Shown here in pieces: positions 29,799 to 37,576 of a DNA stretch of 37,576 nt. This DNA comes from Burkholderiales bacterium. Its GTDB lineage: Bacteria > Pseudomonadota > Gammaproteobacteria > Burkholderiales > SG8-39. The stretch's first letter is position 1. Each line of letters starts with the position of its first letter. Location of the stretch: the NCBI GenBank assembly GCA_049691875.1, contig JBAVOG010000312.1:1-37576 (forward strand), given 5' to 3'. The notes under the pieces are model-generated. The model saw nothing but the letters and a program-made list of their open reading frames with translations, had not been told where the DNA came from and made no database searches. Both the position numbers and the translations under genes were made by a program.

Positions 29799-30977
29799 TC
29801 AGCGGCTGAGTTCTTCGATCAGGCGGTCCATGAATGACTCACAGAGGGCGAGCTGATCCAGGGTGATGAACTCGTTCGGCTTGTGCGCCTGCTCGATGGA
29901 GCCGGGTCCGCAGATGATCGACGGGATGCCGGCCTGCTGGAAGAGACCGGCCTCGGTCGCATAGGCGACGTGACCGACTGTGTCATTGCGCGCCAGCGAA
30001 CGGGCGAGCCCGGCGAGCTCGTGATCCGCATCCACGTCGAGTCCCGGCACGTCCACGCTGCGCCTGATCTCGATGGCTGCGTCGGGCGCAACGCACTTCA
30101 TCTCCGGTTCTAGAACCGAACGCGCGTACATCTCGATCTCGTCGATCAGGGCGCTCGGGTCGCCGCCCGGCAGGTAGCGGAACTCGAACTGGAACTCGCA
30201 ATCGCGCGGCACGATGTTGTGAGCGGTTCCGCCGCGTATCGTTCCGGTCTGCAGGGTCGTGAACGGGACGTCGAATCCCGGGTTTCGTGGCGCGTCGCTG
30301 CGAATGCGGTCGGCCATGCCACGGACGTAGACGACGAGCTTTGCCGCGTACTCGATGGCATTCACGCCTTGCGGCGTCAACGCGGAGTGCGCCTCGCGCC
30401 CACGAACTCGGCAGCGATAGACGTGCATGCCTTTTTGCGCGACGACAACCCGCATCGAGGTGGGTTCGCCGACGACGCATCCGGCCGGTGTGATTCCGTT
30501 GGCCGCGAGATCTGCAAGCAGTCCGCGCACGCCGATGCATCCGACTTCCTCGTCGTACGACAGCGCAAGATGCACGGGTGCACGCGTCTCTGCAGCGAGA
30601 AACCGCGGCGCCATCGCGAGGGCGACCGCGAGATAGCCCTTCATGTCAGCCGTGCCGCGCCCGAAGACGCGATCGTCATTGAGGGTGGCCTTGAAAGGAT
30701 CGGTCTCCCACGCCTGACCGTCCACCGGGACCACGTCGGTGTGGCCCGAGAGCACGATTCCCGCGCGCGGCCCTGCTCCGACGGTTGCAAACAGGTTCGC
30801 CTTCTTGCCGGTCGCGTCGTAAGTCAGGCGCGATGCAATACCTTGCCCCTTCAACCAGTCACGCACCCACTCGATGAGCCCGAGATTCGACTCGCGGCTG
30901 GTGGTGTCGAATCCGACCAGCCGTTCGAGCATCTCCCATGTTGCAGTCTGGATCGGTAGGGAAACTCGCGCATCCAT
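29799..30977 (-). CDS. argE: ArgE-family M20 metallopeptidase (acetylornithine deacetylase-like)
   Basis: Internal ATG 30977 (MDARVSLPIQTATWEMLERLVGFDTTSRESNL...) of track ORF 29799..31223 (-). LSGHTDVVPVDGQAWETDPF, FGRGTADMKGY, SYDEEVGC. The upstream ORF extension is Arg/Pro/Ser-rich and overlaps the aceA terminator. Confidence 0.85.
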   Translation of the reverse strand: MDARVSLPIQTATWEMLERLVGFDTTSRESNLGLIEWVRDWLKGQGIASRLTYDATGKKANLFATVGAGPRAGIVLSGHTDVVPVDGQAWETDPFKATLNDDRVFGRGTADMKGYLAVALAMAPRFLAAETRAPVHLALSYDEEVGCIGVRGLLADLAANGITPAGCVVGEPTSMRVVVAQKGMHVYRCRVRGREAHSALTPQGVNAIEYAAKLVVYVRGMADRIRSDAPRNPGFDVPFTTLQTGTIRGGTAHNIVPRDCEFQFEFRYLPGGDPSALIDEIEMYARSVLEPEMKCVAPDAAIEIRRSVDVPGLDVDADHELAGLARSLARNDTVGHVAYATEAGLFQQAGIPSIICGPGSIEQAHKPNEFITLDQLALCESFMDRLIEELSR

Positions 30978-31055
30978 TGATGGGCTCACGGGCGCCGGGC
31001 AATTGAAAGACGTCGGCCTGCGGTGCAGGGTACCGCAGACCGGGCGCGCCGACCA

Positions 31056-31089
31056 GGGAAAGGCCCGCACGCCTTGCCGCGTGCGGGCC
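31056..31089 (-). terminator. Strong GC hairpin downstream of aceA (GGCCCGCACGC-GGCAAG-GCGTGCGGGCC followed by TTT)
   Basis: 11-bp perfect stem read directly. A second small hairpin, CCCCGC-CGTC-GCGGGG, precedes it. The T-tract is only 3 nt. Confidence 0.5.
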
Positions 31090-31104
31090 CCGCGACGGCG
31101 GGGA

Positions 31105-32424
<1,320 letters not shown>

Positions 32425-32619
32425 CTCTCGATACCCCTTGATTTTCAGAGTGCGATTTCCAGATTGTTTGCCTTGCGTTCCGGCGCGAGACGCATCCCAC
32501 ATGGCGCCAGAGATCGGAATCCGGCGGTCCAGCACATTTGCGTGACTCCGATAGAGGTCACGCCTATTCGTCGTTGCGGCTCTGGTAAGAACTACAACAG
32601 CCTTTGAGATACCCATTCG

Positions 32620-32649
32620 AGTATGACAGTTATTGTGCACTCGCACAAT
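32620..32649 (-). promoter_or_regulatory. Candidate aceA promoter (-35 TTGTGC, 17 nt, -10 CATACT on the minus strand) overlapped by the palindrome ATTGTGC-ACTC-GCACAAT
   Basis: Palindrome at 32632-32649 (7-bp arms). The -10 is the complement of 32620-32625 and the -35 the complement of 32643-32648. It lies in the AT-rich island about 200 nt upstream of the aceA ATG. Pattern match only. Confidence 0.3.
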
Positions 32650-32696
32650 TTTTTCTGACTGGTATACCACACAATTATGTTAGCTAATACAGTAAG

Positions 32697-32717
32697 TTAT
32701 GAATATTATTTTCATAA
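32697..32717. promoter_or_regulatory. AT-rich inverted repeat TTATGAA-N7-TTCATAA (possible operator)
   Basis: Read directly. It lies in the most AT-rich part of the aceA/ribB intergenic region. Confidence 0.25.
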
Positions 32718-33187
32718 TCCGGGACGGAGTGCCGCGTGTAGAAACGGTTCGCTGTTGCGTCGCAAGAGCGAGCATTTCGACGGGTCTCTAGTGGGCAGAT
32801 GGCGGGAAGTCGCCCGCACGCACGAGTTGACTCCCGGGGTCACAACGCGTGCGCGGACGTGTACTCGTCTGCATGTGTCCTGACGTCGAGAACCTTCCGC
32901 ATGGTCCAGTTTCCCACTTCGTGTTGGGGCGGGATGACGGCCAGGTCGCGAATCGCGAGACACATCGCTTCCTGTGCGACCGATGCGCGTTCCGCTGCTG
33001 CGAATATTGCGACGATCGATCGAAACGCCACAGCGCCGGAGAGGGAATCCCAAGCAAGCGTCGTAACGCCAGATGGCGCGAATCGAATAGGGGCGCAGAA
33101 AGGTTCGATTCAGCGCGTATGGGGCGATCATGACCGTCGCAAAAGCCGTAGAATCCACGGCTCGACACTGAGTCACCCCGACCGAAG

Positions 33188-34297
33188 ATGGTTCTCACAC
33201 CGATAAGCGAACTGATCGCCGACCTCAAGGCCGGTCGGATGATCGTGCTCGTCGACGACGAGCATCGCGAGAATGAGGGCGATCTCATCGTTGCGGCGGA
33301 CCGCGTCACCCCGGAGGCGATCAATTTCATGGCCAAGCACGGCCGGGGTCTGATCTGCATGCCGATCACAGAGGACCGCGCGCGCCAGCTCAAGCTGCCG
33401 CTGATGGTGCAGGAGAACCGCGCGCCGCACGGCACCGCATTTACGGTATCGATCGAGGCGGCGAGCGGCGTCACCACCGGGATCTCGGCATACGACCGGG
33501 CGCACACGATACGCGTCGCGGCCGCGCCTGGCGCACGGCCGGAGGAAATCGTGACACCCGGCCACGTGTTTCCGCTCGTTGCCAAGCCGGGCGGGGTCCT
33601 GGTGCGGGCAGGGCACACCGAGGCGTGTTGCGATCTCGTGCAGATGGCGGGATTCAGCCCGTCCGCCGTGCTGTGCGAGATCATGAAGGACGACGGCACG
33701 ATGGCGCGACTCCCGGATCTCGCCATCTTCGCCGAGGAGCACGGGCTGAAGATCGGATCGATTGCGGATTTGATCCACTTCCGCAGCCAGACCGAGACAC
33801 TCGTGAGGCGGGTGACCGAGCGCGACATAATGACCACCTCGGGGCAGTTCCGGCTGATCATCTACATCGAGCGCATCAGCGGCGCAACCCACCTGGCACT
33901 GGTGCGCGGCGACGTCGATCCGGGCAACGAGACGCTCGTTCGCGTGCACGAGCCGACATCGTTCGTCGATCTGATCGACTCCGATCCCGGCTTGCATTCC
34001 TGGAGCGTGCACGAGGCGCTTGAGACGATTTCGACGGCGGGCAAGGGCGTCGTGGTCCTGTTGAACTGCGCGGAAAGCCCCGGGCAGCTGATCGAGCGCG
34101 TCGCCGCCCGCGCGTCGGGCTCGACCGGGAAATCCGAGCTTCTCACCTACGGGATCGGCGCGCAGATCCTGCGCGATCTGAATGTCGGACGCATGCGCCT
34201 GATGTCGAACCCGCGCAAGATGCCGAGCGTGGCGGGCTGGGAGCTCGAGATCACGGGCTACGTCCAGAAGGCGCCCGCGAGAAAAGGCGCGTCGTGA
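33188..34297 (+). CDS. ribB: 3,4-dihydroxy-2-butanone-4-phosphate synthase with a C-terminal GTP-cyclohydrolase-II-like domain lacking the zinc cysteines (RibBX-type)
   Basis: Track ORF 33188..34297. DHBPS motifs [16 protein letters not shown] and RAGHTEA. The C-terminal part keeps [23 protein letters not shown]. Where RibA has HSECLTGD...CDCG, it reads [22 protein letters not shown], with no Cys. Confidence 0.9.
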   Translation: MVLTPISELIADLKAGRMIVLVDDEHRENEGDLIVAADRVTPEAINFMAKHGRGLICMPITEDRARQLKLPLMVQENRAPHGTAFTVSIEAASGVTTGISAYDRAHTIRVAAAPGARPEEIVTPGHVFPLVAKPGGVLVRAGHTEACCDLVQMAGFSPSAVLCEIMKDDGTMARLPDLAIFAEEHGLKIGSIADLIHFRSQTETLVRRVTERDIMTTSGQFRLIIYIERISGATHLALVRGDVDPGNETLVRVHEPTSFVDLIDSDPGLHSWSVHEALETISTAGKGVVVLLNCAESPGQLIERVAARASGSTGKSELLTYGIGAQILRDLNVGRMRLMSNPRKMPSVAGWELEITGYVQKAPARKGAS

Positions 34298-34758
34298 GAG
34301 AGCTCGAGACTGAAATGCACGGCGAGGGGTTGCGCGTCGGCATCGTGCGCGCCCGCTTCAACGAAGAGATCGGCAGGGCGTCGCTCGAGGCATGCGTTGT
34401 CAGGCTTGCGGAGCTCGGCGTGCGCCCTGACGACGTGACGGTGGCGAGTGTGGCGGGTGCGCTCGAGGCGCCGCTCGCACTCCAGCGGCTCGCCGGGACC
34501 GGCAAGTACGATGCGCTGATTGCGCTTGGCGCCGTGATCCGCGGCGAGACCTACCATTTCGAGATCGTCTCGAACGAGTCGTCCGCCGGGATCGCCCAGG
34601 TGGCACTCGATGCGGGCGTGCCGATCGCGAATGGCATACTCACCACTAATTCCGAGGAGCAGGCACAGGTGCGCGCAGCGGGCAAGGGGCGCGACTGCGC
34701 CGAAGTGGCGGTGGAAATGGCGACACTCCTGCGCCTCATCGACAGGATGCACCGATGA
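34294..34758 (+). CDS. ribH: 6,7-dimethyl-8-ribityllumazine synthase
   Basis: Track ORF 34294..34758. The GTG start overlaps the ribB stop as [38 protein letters not shown]. Confidence 0.94.
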   Translation: MRELETEMHGEGLRVGIVRARFNEEIGRASLEACVVRLAELGVRPDDVTVASVAGALEAPLALQRLAGTGKYDALIALGAVIRGETYHFEIVSNESSAGIAQVALDAGVPIANGILTTNSEEQAQVRAAGKGRDCAEVAVEMATLLRLIDRMHR

Positions 34759-35186
34759 AGCCCGCGCGCCGCCGCTCGCGCGAGTTCGCACTCCAGAGCC
34801 TTTACCAGTGGCGGGTCGGCAAGAACCAGGCAGAGGATATTGCGCGGCAGGCTGCCGAAGCGGAGGGATTCGCCAAGGCGGACACGGAGTACTTCGCGCG
34901 CCTGTTCCACGGCACTATCGCCGCCGCGGCGTCGCTCGAAGCCGAGCTTTCCCCCTTGCTGGACCGCCGGGCGCAGGAGCTTGCGCCGATCGAACTCGCC
35001 ATCCTGCTGCTCGGCGCGTTTGAGCTGAAGAATGTGCCCGAAGTACCCTACCGAGTGGTGATCAATGAGGCAGTGGAACTCGCGAAGACGTACGGCGGAA
35101 CCGATGGTCACAAGTACGTGAACGCGGTGCTGGACAAGCTGGCACAGCGACTGCGCATTGCCGAGCGCACTGCCGAACGTGCCTGA
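34755..35186 (+). CDS. nusB: Transcription antitermination factor NusB
   Basis: Track ORF 34755..35186. The ATG overlaps the ribH stop as [19 protein letters not shown]..., [30 protein letters not shown]. Confidence 0.94.
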   Translation: MKPARRRSREFALQSLYQWRVGKNQAEDIARQAAEAEGFAKADTEYFARLFHGTIAAAASLEAELSPLLDRRAQELAPIELAILLLGAFELKNVPEVPYRVVINEAVELAKTYGGTDGHKYVNAVLDKLAQRLRIAERTAERA

Positions 35187-35213
35187 AAGTGCCTGCAGGC
35201 GCCCGATGAAATA

Positions 35214-36485
35214 TTGCATGGCAGCCACCGTGGCGAATTCGGCAGGGCACTAGCGGCTGGCATGCTGGGCGACGCATTCCGGCGACTTTCCCGGCGTGCT
35301 GCGCGGGCCGAGCTGCCACCCGACGAGGTGTTTGCGCAAGCCGCCCGGTTGCTCGAGGCAGGCGATTTTGGTGGGGCGGCCCGGCACGCCACGCGCCTGA
35401 TCGAGCGCGAGCCGGAAAACCCCTATGCCCGCATTGTGCTGGCGCGCGCGCATGCGCGGTCGGGTGATGTGGACGAGGCGCGCGCCGTGCTCAATCGGGC
35501 GATCGATGCGCGTTCATCGCCGGTTCTGGTGTGGGCGGAGCGTGCTGAGCTCGAACGTAACGCCGGTCGGGTCGCCGAAGGCTGGGCCGAGTATGAATCA
35601 CGCCTCGCCGGGCCCGGATTCACGCGGGGTGTAGGGGGACTGCCACGCTGGGGCGGAGCGGATCCAAGCGGCATGCGGCTGCGCGTGATCGCAGTGCAGG
35701 GCCTCGGCGACTCGATCATGTTCGCGCGCTTCATCACGTTGCTCACCGAGCGCCGCGCGCGGGTGCAGTTCCCGTGCCGCCGCAACATGGTGCGACTCTT
35801 TCAGGCGAGCTTCGATCCCGCGGAGGTCGAGGTGACGGCCGATCCCGAGGCGGACACCACTGGTATCGATGCGCATGTCCACCTGATGAGTCTGCCGCAT
35901 CTCCTGCAGCTGCCGCGGGAGGCACTGCTTGCGAAAGAACCACACCTGCGAATACCGGTCGACCTGGAAATGGCGTGGCAGGCGCGGGTGGCCGCCGCGC
36001 TGGGCCGTTCCCCCGCGGCGTTGAAAGTGGGTTTCATGTGGGCGGACAATCCGGACCGATCGCGCGACGAAGATCGTTCGCTGCCGATCGAATTGGCGCG
36101 CCGCCTCGGCGAGGCAGGGGACGGAATCGCATGGTTCAGTCTGCAGGTCGATACCGAGCGCAGTCGCAATACGGGCGGTCCCTTCCCGATGATCGACCTG
36201 ACGTCGGAGATGAGCGATTATGCCGATTCGATGGGGTTGATTGCCGCAATGTATCTCGTGATATCGGTGGACACCTCGACCGCCCACGCGACTGCGGCAA
36301 TGGGCCAGGCACTCTGGCTGGTCGCCCCGCACAATGTCTGCTGGCGCTGGGTGATCGCGGGAACGGAAAACCCGTGGTGTTCCGGTGTCCGGATACCCCG
36401 GGCGGTGCGGCCACGGGAGTGTGCGCCGGTCGTGGAACGCGTGGCAACCGAGCTGGCCGGGCTTGCGGCGCGGAAGGTGGTCTGA
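35214..36485 (+). CDS. TPR-repeat protein fused to a glycosyltransferase family 9 (heptosyltransferase-like) domain, function unknown
   Basis: Track ORF 35214..36485, 423 aa. The N-terminal part is TPR-like: AARLLEAGDFGGAARHATRLIEREPENPYARIVLARAHARSGDVDEARAVLNRAID. The GT9-like part has LRVIAVQGLGDSIMFARFI and VISVDTSTAHATAAMGQALWLV. The start is uncertain (ATG 35214 or 35262), and neither has a clear Shine-Dalgarno. Confidence 0.7.
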   Translation: MHGSHRGEFGRALAAGMLGDAFRRLSRRAARAELPPDEVFAQAARLLEAGDFGGAARHATRLIEREPENPYARIVLARAHARSGDVDEARAVLNRAIDARSSPVLVWAERAELERNAGRVAEGWAEYESRLAGPGFTRGVGGLPRWGGADPSGMRLRVIAVQGLGDSIMFARFITLLTERRARVQFPCRRNMVRLFQASFDPAEVEVTADPEADTTGIDAHVHLMSLPHLLQLPREALLAKEPHLRIPVDLEMAWQARVAAALGRSPAALKVGFMWADNPDRSRDEDRSLPIELARRLGEAGDGIAWFSLQVDTERSRNTGGPFPMIDLTSEMSDYADSMGLIAAMYLVISVDTSTAHATAAMGQALWLVAPHNVCWRWVIAGTENPWCSGVRIPRAVRPRECAPVVERVATELAGLAARKVV

Positions 36486-37448
36486 ATGCCCTCGGAATTC
36501 GAGGTGATTGCGCGATTCTTCACGCGGCCGGCGCGTACTGCGATTCTGGGCGTCGGCGACGACAGCGCCTTGGTGCGGATTCCTGCGGACCTTGCTCTTG
36601 CAGTGACGACCGACATGCTGGTCGAGGGCACGCACTTCCTGCCGGACTGCGACCCGGCGAAGCTCGGCCACAAGGCCCTGGCGGTAAATGTGTCCGACCT
36701 GGCCGCAATGGGCGCAGATCCACGCTGGGCCACGCTCTCGCTCGCACTGCCGGAGGCAGACGAATCGTGGCTCGAAGGTTTCGCGCGCGGGCTGTTCGAC
36801 CTCGCGAGTCGCTATGGCGTGGAACTCATCGGTGGCGACACCACGCGGGGCCCGCGCGCGATATCGATCACGGCACTCGGCACGCTGCCGCCCGGAATGG
36901 CGCTGCGTCGCGACGGTGCGCGCAGTGGCGAGGATATCTGGTTGTCCGGCGCCACCGGCGACGCGGCGCTCGGACTGGCGCATCTGCGCGGCACGGTGAG
37001 ACTTTCCGAGACCGCGAGCCGCCACTGCCTCGCACGGCTCGATACGCCGCTGCCCCTCGTGGCGCTGGGTCGCAGATTACGCGGGCTCGCGTCGAGCGCG
37101 ATCGATGTTTCCGACGGCTTGCTCGCCGATCTTGGCCATGTCCTGGAGCGCTCCGGTGTAGGGGCGGTGGTGTGGTTCGACAAGCTGCCACGTTCCAGGG
37201 CGCTGGCCGAGTGCGCCGACGCAACGCTTGCGCGCGAATGCCTGCTCGGTGGCGGAGACGACTACGAGCTCCTGGTCACAGTGCCGCAAGAGCGCCGTGC
37301 CGCGATACTGGCGCTCGCGACAGATATCGGAGTGCCCTTGACGCGAATCGGATGCATTGTTGCGGGGGATCCCATTGCAAGACTGGTGGACGACGCAGGC
37401 CGACCCGTTGCGACCGGGGTGGGCGGCTTCGATCACTTCCGCTCGTGA
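36486..37448 (+). CDS. thiL: Thiamine-monophosphate kinase
   Basis: Track ORF 36486..37448. EFEVIARFF..., GVGDDSA, AVTTDMLVEGTHF, GHKALAVNVSDLAAMGA, IGGDTTRGP, GGDDYELL. The ATG directly abuts the stop of the preceding ORF (TGAATG). Confidence 0.94.
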   Translation: MPSEFEVIARFFTRPARTAILGVGDDSALVRIPADLALAVTTDMLVEGTHFLPDCDPAKLGHKALAVNVSDLAAMGADPRWATLSLALPEADESWLEGFARGLFDLASRYGVELIGGDTTRGPRAISITALGTLPPGMALRRDGARSGEDIWLSGATGDAALGLAHLRGTVRLSETASRHCLARLDTPLPLVALGRRLRGLASSAIDVSDGLLADLGHVLERSGVGAVVWFDKLPRSRALAECADATLARECLLGGGDDYELLVTVPQERRAAILALATDIGVPLTRIGCIVAGDPIARLVDDAGRPVATGVGGFDHFRS

Positions 37449-37458
37449 GCAAGCTCGC

Positions 37459-37576
37459 ATGACCGATCGCGGACAGTCGGCCGGACTTCGACCCGCTTTC
37501 GCGTTCCTGATGTCTCACCCGGCGCACTTCATCGCGCTTGGCTTCGGGACCGGTCTTGCACCGGTCGCACCCGGAA
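37459..37576 (+). CDS. pgpA: Phosphatidylglycerophosphatase A, 3'-partial (runs off the window)
   Basis: Not in the ORF track because there is no stop in the window. ATG 37459 gives MTDRGQSAGLRPAFAFLMSHPAHFIALGFGTGLAPVAPG. The FGxGLxPxAPGT motif is typical of PgpA. Canonical position after thiL. Confidence 0.8.
   Translation, partial: MTDRGQSAGLRPAFAFLMSHPAHFIALGFGTGLAPVAPG

Noticed and set aside
29555-29809. 84-aa ORF spanning the tandem repeats after rplS
   Set aside because: Its apparent internal peptide repeats are just the translation of the 49-bp DNA repeat, and it runs through the terminator hairpin.
33040-33187. Possible FMN (RFN) riboswitch upstream of ribB
   Set aside because: I looked for the conserved RFN core strings (GGGTGAAATTCCC..., ...CCGACAGT..., ...GGATGGGAGA) and did not find them. 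Only a generic 8-bp hairpin is present (GAATCGAA...TTCGATTC, 33080-33111). A covariance-model scan would settle it.
35598-37462. ORFs 35598..37025 (-) 475 aa and 35774..37462 (+) 562 aa overlapping the TPR-GT9 gene and thiL
   Set aside because: Off-frame or antisense Arg/Gly/Pro-rich translations. thiL and the GT9-like motifs are in other frames.

Overview
This is a high-GC (roughly mid-60s %) proteobacterial core-chromosome window, and the gene order resembles what I recall from Betaproteobacteria. It is almost entirely housekeeping genes.

Gene content, left to right:
- 1-10.0 kb: distal dcw cell-wall/division cluster, ftsW (5' end off-window)-murG-murC-murB-ddl-ftsQ-ftsA-ftsZ, then lpxC.
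- 10.1-17.7 kb: a DUF721 (DciA-like) gene divergent from an M23 peptidase, then secA, argJ, a DUF815 P-loop ATPase and a Nudix/ThiE-like fusion.
- 17.8-23.5 kb, minus strand: yacG-zapD-coaE-pilD, an intrinsic terminator, then pilC and pilB. No pilin gene is present.
- 23.7-25.9 kb, minus strand: a CorB/HlyC-type DUF21-CBS transporter and a YpjD/CcsA-like membrane protein, divergent from ffh.
- 26.0-29.5 kb: ffh, then the rpsP-rimM-trmD-rplS operon.
- 29.8-32.4 kb, minus strand: an ArgE-family deacetylase and isocitrate lyase aceA.
- 33.2-37.6 kb: ribB(X)-ribH-nusB, a TPR + GT9-like glycosyltransferase ORF, thiL and the start of pgpA.

I found no tRNA, rRNA, CRISPR array, transposase, integrase, phage, toxin-antitoxin or defence gene. 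I do not see a convincing novel multi-gene system.

The items most worth a second look are local oddities:
- The TPR-GT9-like gene wedged into the normally contiguous nusB-thiL-pgpA unit.
- A 63-bp near-identical duplicate of the ffh 3' end lying 139 bp downstream.
- A 49-bp tandem hairpin repeat after rplS.
- A 763-bp non-coding gap between aceA and ribB with an AT-rich island, two palindromes and a possible gene remnant.
- Small points: an FtsA N-terminal extension, a secA-coupled mini-uORF and a cysteine-less GTP cyclohydrolase II domain in RibB.

All calls rest on reading the translations and the sequence by eye. No database search was run.
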